From positions 59,339-123,338 of the forward strand of contig JANNXA010000018.1 of NCBI GenBank assembly GCA_031409275.1: 64,000 bases of DNA, given 5' to 3'. The notes beneath the pieces were generated by a model. That model was not told the DNA's origin. It saw nothing but the letters and a program-made list of their open reading frames with translations, and did not search any database. The position numbers and the translations under genes were made by a program. Positions within the stretch are counted from its first letter, which is position 1; each line of letters opens with the position of its first letter. Positions 29,092 through 38,802 of this stretch are shown here, in pieces. Source of the stretch: Planctomycetota bacterium. GTDB taxonomy: Bacteria > Planctomycetota > B15-G4 > SIAN01.

Positions 29092-29972
29092 CACCCGCGT
29101 CGTACCGCGCCCAACGATCGCGGTCCGCGAGGTTCGCTGCCACGGTGCTGGGCGCGGCCCTGCTCGGATCGGTTTCGAGTTGCGGTGATTCGCCGGCGCC
29201 GTCCAAGTGGGATGGCGCCCGTCCGATGAGCTTCGCCTCGCTCGAACGAGGCGAGGCACTCTCGCTCGTCGAGGTCGAGTCGCTCGTCGCGCGTCTGGTG
29301 GAAGTGGCCGGCGGCGTCGCCCGGTGGCGTTCGCGGCACTACCGACGGATCGAGGATCTCTATCTCCTGCGTACCGGGAGCCAGCTCGGCAATCAGGTGC
29401 TCGCGACGACCTGGGTGCGTCCGGACGAGTCGGTCCGGGTTCAGCTCGACTATCGCGGCGGGGACCGCGAAGTGCGCGTGATGCTGCGCCGCGAGGAGTA
29501 CGTGCACCCACAGCTCGGGTCGCTGGCGCTGGCGACCGGCGGCACGCAGCAGCACGTCGAGTGGGATTGGGAGCTGGCGCGACTGCCGGTCAACCTGCTC
29601 GAAGCCGAGGAGTTGCGACCGCTGCGTCCGGAAGGCACCGGGAGCGAGCGTCGGATCGGCATCGCGGTGAAGCTGCGCGGCCTGAACCCGCCGTTCGAGG
29701 TGTGGATCGACCCTTCGGGGCCGGTCATCGAAGAGGTGCGGACCAAGCTGCCGGTGACGGCCGACCTCTCGTTCAAGACACTCGCCGACCACGCCCAGCG
29801 CTTCTCCGACTGGCGACGCGTCGATGGCGTGCTGCTGCCGTTCAAGCGCGAGATCTTCGCGGACGGCCGGCGCATCGGGCTGGCCGAGTGCCGTGGCTAC
29901 GACTTCGATGTCGAAGTCACCGACGCGATCCTCCTTCCCGAGCCACCGGCGCCGCCCGATCCGCCGAAGTGA
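29088..29972 (+). CDS. Putative lipoprotein, possibly LolA-like fold
   Basis: GTGA overlap; lipobox VSSC; C-terminal FSDWRRVDGVLLPF motif. Confidence 0.65.
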   Translation: MTPASYRAQRSRSARFAATVLGAALLGSVSSCGDSPAPSKWDGARPMSFASLERGEALSLVEVESLVARLVEVAGGVARWRSRHYRRIEDLYLLRTGSQLGNQVLATTWVRPDESVRVQLDYRGGDREVRVMLRREEYVHPQLGSLALATGGTQQHVEWDWELARLPVNLLEAEELRPLRPEGTGSERRIGIAVKLRGLNPPFEVWIDPSGPVIEEVRTKLPVTADLSFKTLADHAQRFSDWRRVDGVLLPFKREIFADGRRIGLAECRGYDFDVEVTDAILLPEPPAPPDPPK

Positions 29973-30026
29973 GGTGAGCCGCGGATCGCGGCCTGCGATG
30001 CGCGGCGCTTCGCGGTCGGAACGAAG

Positions 30027-30064
30027 CGGCGCGCGCCCAGGGGATCGGCCCCGGGCGCGCGCCG
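30027..30064 (-). terminator. GC-rich hairpin between convergent genes
   Basis: CGGCGCGCGCCC...GGGCGCGCGCCG 12-bp stem plus GGGG/CCCC; only a weak pyrimidine tail on the minus strand. Confidence 0.5.
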
Positions 30065-30080
30065 AAGTTCGAGCGTTCGG

Positions 30081-33000
30081 TCAGCGCGGTGTCGTGCCGG
30101 AGACCGCGTTGGTCATCGCAAAGCCGTCAGCGGCGCCCGGATCGAGCACGAGCGCCTGGAGGAAGAAGCTCTCGCCGCCCGGGATGTCATCGCTGATGCA
30201 GTCGGAGTAGCTGAGTGTGCCGTTGCCGTCCGTGAACAGACCCGAGAGAACGATGTCGGGTGCCGGCACCAGCACGCCGCCGACGAACGGCAGACAGGTC
30301 GGCGTCAGTCCGACGACGAGCCACGCCGGCGCATTCGCCAACGCGCCGGTGACGTCGGCGGTGATCAACGTGAGCGGTCGCATGTCGCCGGTCATGGTCA
30401 ACACCGGCGCACCATTGGTCCCGGCCAGTGCATGGCCGAGGTCGGCCCACGCGCCGGTCGGCTCGCTGCGGAAGCGAACCGTGCAATAGAGCTGCGTCGG
30501 GTCGACGCTGGCGGCGGTGATCGCCGCGCCGTCGCAAGGGGACGCGTCCTGGAACGAGAGGCCGCCCGTCGTGACGAGCGGTCCGTCGACGAGCGGGCCA
30601 CTGATGGCCGTCGCGCGCAGCTTGGAGACTCGCACCGCGAGGCGATAGAGCCGACCCGGAGCGAGCGTCGCATCGATCGTGTGGTAGTTGCGATCGTTGC
30701 GGACGCGAACTCCGTAGCTGCGCAGCCCGCCCTCCGCCAGCACCGGGTTCAGCGGGTCGGTCACGTCCCAGACGAAGACGTTCCCGAAGACGCCGCTGCA
30801 GTTGACGGCCGGAGCGAGCTGACCGTCGATCACGAGCTCTTCGAGGCGTTCTGCGGTGGCGGCGCCAGTCGTGTCGATCTCCATGCCGACGAACCAGTTG
30901 CTGGCGGGAGATGGACTCGGAGCGGGTAGCGGCGTGTCGATGCCGGCCAGCACGAGGCCGCCGTTCACCGTGGTCAGCGGCTCGATCGGCGCGCCGGGCA
31001 CGAAGTCGCAGCCGTCGATCCGCACGCGCCCGCTGCGGAAGACGACGATTTCGCGATCCTGCAGTTGCGCGAGGTCGAGATCTCCGAGCACCGGGTTCAC
31101 GTGGCGATCGACACGCATGGTCTTCTGCGCGGCGTTGCCTTTGAAGTCGACGATCACGCGGAAGTGGACGTCCTTGGAGGGATCGGGGTCGGGGTCGACC
31201 GGCAACGCGAAATGGAGCACGTACTCGTTCTGGTTCAGGTAGCCGGCCGAGGTCGAGACGACCTTGGTGCGGCGGTTGGTGTCGGTCGGGTGGTCGAACG
31301 GGACGATCGTGACCTGCGCGCCGAACTCCGATTCGAGCCCGTCATCGAAGCGATCGGAGTCGCGCATGACGCGCACGCGCACGTGACGCTTCTGATCGGC
31401 GGGGGTGTTGGCGTCGTAGGTGTAGTTCTCGTACAGGCGTCCCTTCTCGCCCCAGTTGCCCAGCGCCGAGTCGAGGTCGCCGTCCTTGTCGAAGTCGCCC
31501 CAGGCCGGCGTGGCGTCCGTCACGTGGCCGGCCGGGATGCTGTGGGTGGCGACCGTGAAGTGGCGATCGCCGCCGGTCTCCTGGAACTGGTTGCGGCGGA
31601 ACACTTCGCTGCTGGTCACGTCGACGTCGCCGTCGTTGTCCCAGTCCTCGAAGGAGAGGCCGAGGCACAGGCCGGTGTTGAACGAGTCGAAGAGGCTCTT
31701 GTTCTGGACCTTGAAGGTGCCGTCACCGAGGCTCTCGAACATGCGCACGCCCTTGGTGCTGTCGCAGAAGGCGAGGCAGAGGTCCATGTCCCCGTCCATG
31801 TCGTAGTCGAGGAAGCCGCCGCCCTCGTCGAGGATGTCGCTGAAGACCACTCCGGAGCCGTTCTCGGTCATCGCCTCGAAGAGCGGATTGCCGAGCGTCG
31901 AGAGGTTCCGGTAGATCGTGTTGTTCGAGTAGAGGTCGAGGTCGCCATCGAGGTCGACGTCGACCCACTCGGCCCCCTCGGGTCGGTTCACCGGTAGCGG
32001 CGGGTTGTCGAGGCCGGCCTGCGCCGAGAGTTCACGGAAGGTGTAGACGCCGTTGGCGTCGGGCCCGTCGTTGTAGAGGAAGAAGTTCCCCGGCCCGCCG
32101 ATCCACGACGGATAGACCGGGAAGAACCAGTCGAGGTTGGCGTCGCCGTCGATGTCAGCGACCGAGTTCGTCTCGCAAGGCGCGATGGGGCGCACGTCGA
32201 CGCGGTTGGGGTTGCCGCTGATCTCCTCGAAGACGTCGCCACCGAGCGCATGGAGGAAGTAGGCACCGCCGACGCGCGGCTCGTCGCAGATGTCGAGCAG
32301 CTGGTCGTTGTCGTAGTCCGCCATCGCGCAGCCGTAGCGCGTGCCCTTGCCCATGTAGACCGACAAGTCGATCTGCTTGACCCAGTCGGCACCCGCGAGG
32401 TTCCGCCAGAGCGCCTCGCCATCGGCATTCACCACGTCGATCCAACCGTCGTGGTCGTAGTCGCCGAAGCTGATGCCGAAGGTGGCGCCGAAGATCAGCC
32501 CGGAGGAGAACGAGCCGCCCTTCCAGAGCTGCAGCGGCACGTCATCGGCCGCCGGTCCGAACCGTGAACTCGTCGAGTAGCTCGTCGAGTGAAGCGCCAG
32601 CACGGCGCCTTGCGACTTGCCGACGAGGATGTTGTTGGGCATCCACGCCATGCGCCAGACGTCGTCGGGACCGGGCGGCAAAGCGGGCGCCCACTCCTCC
32701 GGGAAGGTCCCGCCGACCATCGCGTCATCGCGCCATTCGCGCGAGTAGACGACGTTGGTGATCGGCGAACGTCCGGTGTTGCGCAAGGTCACGCCGATCA
32801 CCAATGCTCCGGTGAACGGGCAGAAGGAGAAGGTGTGCTCGATCTCGAGCGCGCCGACCTTGCTGACCGTCACGGCGCCGCTCGCCGTGAAGCTGCTCGA
32901 GACGGGAGTCACCGGCGTCCGCCGGGCGTAGTCGGCGTTCGGTCCCGCGCCGACGGCGCTCACATGTCCGCCGAGCGTGTCGAACGACAATCCGAACCAC

Positions 33001-33200
33001 TCGGCCGTTCCTGGCGAGAACTCGATCTGCGGCCCATAGGTGGTGCAGAGTCCTTCGGCGGGCGGCGCCAGCATCACTCCGATCGGATCGAGACGCACCG
33101 AGTACTGCCCGTTGCTGATCGATTGCGCGGCTGCAGTCGCGCTGATCGCGGCGATCGCGGCCGGCAGCGCAACGCGCGAAAGGAAGGTGGGTGGACTCAT
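30081..33200 (-). CDS. Secreted FG-GAP/VCBS-repeat beta-propeller protein (CRTAC1/ASPIC-like), paralogue 1
   Basis: Signal peptide; repeated DxDxDGxxD motifs (GDYDHDGWID, ADIDGDANLD, GDFDKDGDLD). Confidence 0.9.
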   Translation of the reverse strand: MSPPTFLSRVALPAAIAAISATAAAQSISNGQYSVRLDPIGVMLAPPAEGLCTTYGPQIEFSPGTAEWFGLSFDTLGGHVSAVGAGPNADYARRTPVTPVSSSFTASGAVTVSKVGALEIEHTFSFCPFTGALVIGVTLRNTGRSPITNVVYSREWRDDAMVGGTFPEEWAPALPPGPDDVWRMAWMPNNILVGKSQGAVLALHSTSYSTSSRFGPAADDVPLQLWKGGSFSSGLIFGATFGISFGDYDHDGWIDVVNADGEALWRNLAGADWVKQIDLSVYMGKGTRYGCAMADYDNDQLLDICDEPRVGGAYFLHALGGDVFEEISGNPNRVDVRPIAPCETNSVADIDGDANLDWFFPVYPSWIGGPGNFFLYNDGPDANGVYTFRELSAQAGLDNPPLPVNRPEGAEWVDVDLDGDLDLYSNNTIYRNLSTLGNPLFEAMTENGSGVVFSDILDEGGGFLDYDMDGDMDLCLAFCDSTKGVRMFESLGDGTFKVQNKSLFDSFNTGLCLGLSFEDWDNDGDVDVTSSEVFRRNQFQETGGDRHFTVATHSIPAGHVTDATPAWGDFDKDGDLDSALGNWGEKGRLYENYTYDANTPADQKRHVRVRVMRDSDRFDDGLESEFGAQVTIVPFDHPTDTNRRTKVVSTSAGYLNQNEYVLHFALPVDPDPDPSKDVHFRVIVDFKGNAAQKTMRVDRHVNPVLGDLDLAQLQDREIVVFRSGRVRIDGCDFVPGAPIEPLTTVNGGLVLAGIDTPLPAPSPSPASNWFVGMEIDTTGAATAERLEELVIDGQLAPAVNCSGVFGNVFVWDVTDPLNPVLAEGGLRSYGVRVRNDRNYHTIDATLAPGRLYRLAVRVSKLRATAISGPLVDGPLVTTGGLSFQDASPCDGAAITAASVDPTQLYCTVRFRSEPTGAWADLGHALAGTNGAPVLTMTGDMRPLTLITADVTGALANAPAWLVVGLTPTCLPFVGGVLVPAPDIVLSGLFTDGNGTLSYSDCISDDIPGGESFFLQALVLDPGAADGFAMTNAVSGTTPR

Positions 33201-33312
33201 CGTTCGAAGCTCCTGGTGATGAAACGACGCACCTCTCGGCTGCCGATCCGGGCAGCTCCGTGGGCCTCTTCAGTATCCATGGCCGAGGGCGAAGTGGCCC
33301 GGACTGTTTCGT

Positions 33313-36300
33313 TCAGCGCGGCGTGGTCGCGGAAACCGCATTGGTCATCGAGAAGCCGCGCGCGGCACCCGGATCGAGGACGAGCGCCTGCAGGAAGAAG
33401 CTCTCGCCGCCGGGAAGGTCGTCACCGAGGCACTCGGAGTAGCTCATGGCGCCGTTCGCATCAGTGGACGCTCCCGACAGCACGACGTCGGGTGCGGGAA
33501 CGAGCACGCCGCCCGCGAACGGCAGGCACGTCGGCGTCAGTCCGATGACGAGCCAGATCGGGGCATTCGCCAGGGCACCATCGACGTCGGCCGTCACCAG
33601 CGACAGCGGTCGCAGATCGCCTCCCATGGTCAGCCGCGGCGTGCCTTGGGTCCCGGTCAGCGCGTGGCCGAGGTCGGCGAACGCGCCGGTCGGTTCGCTG
33701 CGGAAGCGAACCGTGCAGTAGAGCCGCGTCGGGTCGACGCTCGCGGCGCTGATCGCGGCGCCGTCGCACGGAGACGCGTCCTGGAACGAAAGGCCGCCCG
33801 TCGTGAGGAATGGCCCATCGAGGAGCGGGCCGGTGATGGTCGTGGCGCGCAGCGCCTGCACGCGCACCGCAAGTCGGTAGAGCCGGCCCGGCTCGAGTGT
33901 GGCATCGAGAGCGTAGTAGTTGCGATCGTTGCGCGGTCGGATCGCGAAGTTGCGCATTCCTCCAGCGGCCAGCATCGGATTCAGCGGATCGGTGACATCC
34001 CACACGAACGTGTTGCCGAGCAACCCGCCGCAGTCGACGCCGCTCGCGAGCTTGCCGTCGACGACCAGCTCCTCGATGCGTTGCGCCGAGGTCGCGCCGC
34101 GCGTGTCGATCTCCATGCCGATGAACCAATCGCCGGCGGGCGCCGCGATCGGCGCCGGGATCGCGGTGGTGAGGCCTGCCATCACCAGGCCGCCGTTCAC
34201 CGTCGTGAGCGGTTCGAGCGACGCGCCCGGAATGAAGTCGCAGCCGTCGATTCGCACCCGTCCGCTGCGGTAGATGACGATCTCCCGCTCCTGCAATTGC
34301 GCGAGGTCGAGGTCGCCGAGCACGGGGTTGACGTGGCGATCGACGCGGACCGTCATCTGGGCCGCGTTGCCCTTGAAGTCGACGATGACGCGGAAGTGGA
34401 CGTCCTGGTTCGGATCGGGATCGGGGTCGGTGGGCAACGCGAAGTGGAGCGTGTACTCGTTCTGGTTCAGGTAGCCACCCGACGTCGACACGACTTTCGT
34501 GCGACGGTTGACGTCGGTGGGGTGGTCGAGCGGGACGATCGTCACCTGAGCGCCGAACTCCGTCTCGAGACCGTCGTCGAAGAGGTCGGAGTCGCGCACC
34601 GGCTTCACGCGGAGATGGCGCTTCAGCTCGGGCGCGGTCGTCGCGTCGTAGGTCGTGTTGTCGTAGAGGTGACCAGTGGAGGCCCAGTTGCCGATCGCCG
34701 CGTCGACGTCGCCGTCGCGGTCGAAGTCGCCCCACGCCGGAGTCGCTTCGCTGATGTGGGTGGGATCGATCGAATGGGTGGCGATCGTGAAGTGGCGCCC
34801 CCCGTCGCTCTCGATGAACTGATTGCGCCGGAAGATCTCGCTGCTCGATACGTCGACGTCGCCGTCGTTGTCCCAATCCTCGAACGAGAGGCCGAGCGGC
34901 AAGCCGATGAAGGCGCCGTCGAAGAGCCCTCGCGACTGGACCTTGAAGTTCCCATCGCCACGGTTCTCGTACATGCGCAGGCCGACGCTGCTGTTGACAT
35001 GGAACAGGCACAGGTCGATGTCGCCATCCATGTCGTAATCGAAGAGGCCGGCACCCTCCTCCGCGTCGAGCCCGAACGACATGCCGCTTGCCGTCGGGTC
35101 GAGCAGCTCGAACGACGGCGTGCCCGCGCTCGAGACGTTGCGGTAGATCGCCACGCACGCGTAGAGGTCGAGGTCGCCGTCGAAGTCGAAGTCGGCGAAG
35201 CCGGCGCCTTCGGGCAGCTGCCCGATCGGAGGGTTCTCGAGCCCGGCTTCGGTCACCATCTCGTGGAAGGCGTAGACGCCGTTGGCGTCCGGGCCGAGGT
35301 TGTAGAGGAAGCGGTTGCCGATGCTGCCGCCGTTGATGCCGTAGATCGGGAAGAACCAATCGAGATTGCCGTCGCCGTCGACGTCGGCAACCGAGTTGGT
35401 CTCGCACATCGCGGTGCACATCGGGTCATCGACGATGGCGGGGTCGAGGGCGACGTCCTCGAAATCATCGTTGCCGAGCGAATGGAGCACGTGGACGCAG
35501 TCGCCACGCGGCTCGTTCGCGATGTCGGGTCGTTGGTCGTTGTCGTAGTCGGCGACCGCACAGCCGTAGGGGACGAAGAAGTCGTTCAGCCACGGGCTGA
35601 GGTCGACCTGTTCCACCCAGTCGACGCCGGCCAGATTGCGCCAGATCTTCTTGCCACTCGAATTCACCACATCGATCCAGCCATCGTGGTCGTAGTCGCC
35701 GAAGCTGATGCCGTTGGTGTTCCCGAAATCGAGCCCGCCTGGAAATGTGGCATTGGTCCAGAGGCGCAGCGGCAGGTCGTCGCTGGCCGGGCCGAGTTTC
35801 GAGCCGCTCGACCGTTGAGTCGGCATCAACACCAGCGAGCGTCCTTGCGACGCACCTGGCGAGAGCTCGTGCAGCTCCCACGCGAAGCGCATCACGTCCG
35901 CCGGGATCGGCGCGAGCCGCTCCGCGAGGGTTGGCGGGAACGTCGCGCCGTCGATGGAGTCACGGCGCCATTCGCGGGTGTAGACGACGTCGCGCAACGG
36001 CGCGCGTCCGGTGTTGCGGAGCGTCGCCGTGATGATGAGCGCGCCGGTGAACGGGCAGAACGAGAAGCGGTGCTCGATCTCGAGCGCGACGCCGATGCCG
36101 GCCGTGACCGAGCCGAGGGTGAGCGCGCGGTCGGGCGCGAAGAGGCTCGAACCGGAGCTCACCGGCAGGCGGTTGGCGTAGTCGGCGACCGCGCCCGCCC
36201 CGACCGCGCTCACCTCGGCGCCGAGTGCGTCGAAGGTGACGCCGAACCACTCCACCGTCCCTGGCACGAAGAGCGCTCGCGGCCCGAAGGTGGACACGAG

Positions 36301-36453
36301 ACCGGCGGCGGGAGGCGCCACCATGACGCCGATCGGATCGAGGCGGACGGTCGTGGTGCCGTCGCTGATCGATTGCGCGCCGGCATCGGCGAAGCCGACG
36401 AGGAGCGCGGCGACGGTGGCGGAGCCGCTTCGAGACGGAACGCGTGATCGCAT
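33313..36453 (-). CDS. Secreted FG-GAP/VCBS-repeat beta-propeller protein, paralogue 2
   Basis: Collinear with 30081-33200 over the full length; same repeats and C-terminal ...NAVSxTTPR. Confidence 0.9.
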   Translation of the reverse strand: MRSRVPSRSGSATVAALLVGFADAGAQSISDGTTTVRLDPIGVMVAPPAAGLVSTFGPRALFVPGTVEWFGVTFDALGAEVSAVGAGAVADYANRLPVSSGSSLFAPDRALTLGSVTAGIGVALEIEHRFSFCPFTGALIITATLRNTGRAPLRDVVYTREWRRDSIDGATFPPTLAERLAPIPADVMRFAWELHELSPGASQGRSLVLMPTQRSSGSKLGPASDDLPLRLWTNATFPGGLDFGNTNGISFGDYDHDGWIDVVNSSGKKIWRNLAGVDWVEQVDLSPWLNDFFVPYGCAVADYDNDQRPDIANEPRGDCVHVLHSLGNDDFEDVALDPAIVDDPMCTAMCETNSVADVDGDGNLDWFFPIYGINGGSIGNRFLYNLGPDANGVYAFHEMVTEAGLENPPIGQLPEGAGFADFDFDGDLDLYACVAIYRNVSSAGTPSFELLDPTASGMSFGLDAEEGAGLFDYDMDGDIDLCLFHVNSSVGLRMYENRGDGNFKVQSRGLFDGAFIGLPLGLSFEDWDNDGDVDVSSSEIFRRNQFIESDGGRHFTIATHSIDPTHISEATPAWGDFDRDGDVDAAIGNWASTGHLYDNTTYDATTAPELKRHLRVKPVRDSDLFDDGLETEFGAQVTIVPLDHPTDVNRRTKVVSTSGGYLNQNEYTLHFALPTDPDPDPNQDVHFRVIVDFKGNAAQMTVRVDRHVNPVLGDLDLAQLQEREIVIYRSGRVRIDGCDFIPGASLEPLTTVNGGLVMAGLTTAIPAPIAAPAGDWFIGMEIDTRGATSAQRIEELVVDGKLASGVDCGGLLGNTFVWDVTDPLNPMLAAGGMRNFAIRPRNDRNYYALDATLEPGRLYRLAVRVQALRATTITGPLLDGPFLTTGGLSFQDASPCDGAAISAASVDPTRLYCTVRFRSEPTGAFADLGHALTGTQGTPRLTMGGDLRPLSLVTADVDGALANAPIWLVIGLTPTCLPFAGGVLVPAPDVVLSGASTDANGAMSYSECLGDDLPGGESFFLQALVLDPGAARGFSMTNAVSATTPR

Positions 36454-36543
36454 GGCGTGAATTCCCGGAAGTGAGTCGAGTGGAACGCCGGCGACCGCGA
36501 TGTGCGCTGCGGTGAAGGTAGGTAGCCCGATGTCAGAAGGTTG

Positions 36544-37017
36544 TCACCTCCCGCGAACCCGACCGTCGATCCGCACCACCGCCCGCCCGGACTCTGCGAG
36601 CCACTCGCCGTCGCGCGTCAACGCAAGCGCGGCGATCGCACCGCCGCGCCGCTCGCCGATCGTGGAGCGTTCGTCCATCGTCAGCGCGAACGCCCCTGCC
36701 GCGATCGGCGGGTCGAACGAGCGGCGCAACCACGGCCGACGCTCACCGTCGACCCAGTCGAGCTGCAGTTGCGCCACTGCGCGCGACGCCGACCAGACGA
36801 CTCGCGTGGGCGGCTGCCCGCAGTGGCCTTGCGGCGCCAGAATTTCCACCCGCATCGAATCGTCGATCGCGTCGTACCACGCACCACGTGTGGCGGCGGC
36901 CACCGCGCAAACCGCTGCCAGCAGCGTGCGCGCGATCGCCGTTCGATCGTCGCTCCGCCCGACGCGTGCTCCTTCTTGTTGACCTGTGCGACCCCCGTAC
37001 AATGCCCACCCCTCCAC
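36544..37017 (-). CDS. Possible small hypothetical exported protein (start uncertain)
   Basis: Fills the gap before the FG-GAP genes; hydrophobic stretch TLLAAVCAVAAA; no recognised motif. Confidence 0.35.
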   Translation of the reverse strand: MEGWALYGGRTGQQEGARVGRSDDRTAIARTLLAAVCAVAAATRGAWYDAIDDSMRVEILAPQGHCGQPPTRVVWSASRAVAQLQLDWVDGERRPWLRRSFDPPIAAGAFALTMDERSTIGERRGGAIAALALTRDGEWLAESGRAVVRIDGRVRGR

Positions 37018-37183
37018 GACTCCTCGTGAGGCGCTCTTTGCTGCACTTCCGCGTCGTCGGCCAGCCTGCTGCTCGTTGGTCGCGACGATCGACTGGTTCG
37101 CCGTCCGGTCCGGCGTCCACGGCGCACCGGCGCCCGCGCTGCGTTCGGTTCAACGGGCCGGTCGCAATTGCCGAGGCCTGCAA

Positions 37184-38758
37184 ATGAAGAAGGAAGCTCG
37201 GCCGTGGCATCGATCCGTCCCGTTCGGGACGGCGGTTGCCCTGGCATCGCTCGGGTCGCCGCTCTTCGCGCAGTTCGGGCCGCCTCGCCCGCCCACCGTC
37301 ATCCGCGGAGGGACGGTGCATCTGGGCAACGGTGACGTCCTCGCCAATGGGACGGTCATCCTGCGCGGTCGCGAGATCGAAGCCGTGGGCGTCGATCTCC
37401 CGGTTCCCGAAGGGGCGGAGGTCATCGAGGCGGCGGGCAAGCACGTCTACCCCGGCTTGATCGACGTCGAGTCGACGCTGCTGCTGGACGCCGACACGCT
37501 CGAGTCGGGCGAGGGCAGCGTGAGCGGCCGCGTGGCCGATGCGCTCGACCTCTTCGATCCCGATCCGTTCGTCCAGGCGTGGAGCGGTGGCGTCACCACC
37601 ATCGGCGTCGCCTCGCGACGCGGCCTCTTCGATGGCCCGCGCGCCGTCGTGACGATGAAGCGCTCGCGAGCCGGCGACTCGCTGCTGCGCGAGGAAGGCG
37701 ATCTCGCCATCACGTTCGGTCGCAACATCGGTCGGCCGTCGATGCGTCTTCGCGAATGGAAGACCTTCTCCGAGCAGCTTGCGGCCACGCAGAAGTACAT
37801 CGAGTCGTGGGACGAGTACGCCGAGAAGCTCGAGGAGTACAAGAAGGAGATCGAGAAGTCGGCGAAGGAGGGGACCAAGCTCCCCGCCGAGAAGAAAGAG
37901 GAAGCCGCGCCGAAGCCGGAGGCGCCGGGCGGTTCAGGGCCCGGAGCCGGTGAAGGCGGCGGGCGCCGCGGGCCCGGCGGAGAAGGCCGACGACCGCGGC
38001 CGGGCCGCGCGCACGCGCACGACACGCCCTTCCTCAACTGGCTGCGGGACACCCTCGGCTGGATGTGCGACTGCGGTCTGCCGACTCATGAGGGCGGCCA
38101 CGCCGACCACGACCTCCATGCGCTGCTCCTCTCCGACGGCGTCTCCTACGCGGAGGAGCCGGCGAAGCCCGAGGGCGGCGACGCGAAGAAGGAAGAGCCC
38201 AAGAAGCCGGCCCGTCCCAATCGCGAGGAATCGCGCGAAGTGCTGCGGAAGGTGCTCGAAGGCAAGATCGGCGTGAACGTCTACTTCGGCGCCGCGGCCG
38301 ATCTGCAGAACCTGCTCGATCTCCTTGCGACCTATCCGCTGAAGGTGGTCGTGACCGGTGGCGGCGAATCGGCCGAACTCGCCGACGAACTCGCCGCGCG
38401 CCAGATCCCGACCGTGGTCGTGCAGCCGCACGACTTGAACAGCGCCACGCTCGGGGCGGCCGCGAAGCTCGAAGCTGCCGGCGTCGACGTCGTGTTGACG
38501 ACCGCCGGCGCGACGCCGGGTGCGACTCGTCACCTGTCGCTGAGCGCGGCGGCCGCGATCGCCGGTGGTCTGACGCCGGAGCAGGCGCTGGCCGCCATCA
38601 CCTCGCGCGCGGCAGCGCTGCTCGGCGTCGGCGACAAGGTCGGAACCCTCAAGGCGGGCATGCACGGCGACGTCGTCATCACGCGCGGCGAGCTGTTCTC
38701 GTCGACCGCGGTCATTGAACGGGTCTTCGTCGAGGGGGCGAGCGTACTGCAGCGTTGA
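37184..38758 (+). CDS. Exported amidohydrolase-fold protein 1 (degenerate metal motif; His/Cys-rich insert)
   Basis: IRGGTVHLG, GKHVYPGLIDVEST, GGVTT, ALAAITSRAAALLG..GTLKAGMHGD. Confidence 0.88.
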   Translation: MKKEARPWHRSVPFGTAVALASLGSPLFAQFGPPRPPTVIRGGTVHLGNGDVLANGTVILRGREIEAVGVDLPVPEGAEVIEAAGKHVYPGLIDVESTLLLDADTLESGEGSVSGRVADALDLFDPDPFVQAWSGGVTTIGVASRRGLFDGPRAVVTMKRSRAGDSLLREEGDLAITFGRNIGRPSMRLREWKTFSEQLAATQKYIESWDEYAEKLEEYKKEIEKSAKEGTKLPAEKKEEAAPKPEAPGGSGPGAGEGGGRRGPGGEGRRPRPGRAHAHDTPFLNWLRDTLGWMCDCGLPTHEGGHADHDLHALLLSDGVSYAEEPAKPEGGDAKKEEPKKPARPNREESREVLRKVLEGKIGVNVYFGAAADLQNLLDLLATYPLKVVVTGGGESAELADELAARQIPTVVVQPHDLNSATLGAAAKLEAAGVDVVLTTAGATPGATRHLSLSAAAAIAGGLTPEQALAAITSRAAALLGVGDKVGTLKAGMHGDVVITRGELFSSTAVIERVFVEGASVLQR

Positions 38759-38802
38759 GCGCCGCGGTCCGACCTCCCACGCCAGGAGCACCGAAGAGAA
38801 CC

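Noticed and set aside
33201..33312. Hammerhead ribozyme (minus strand has GAAAC-A-GUC and CUGAAGA)
   Set aside because: Stems I and II cannot be formed next to the core motifs, and stem III would have a 1-nt loop.
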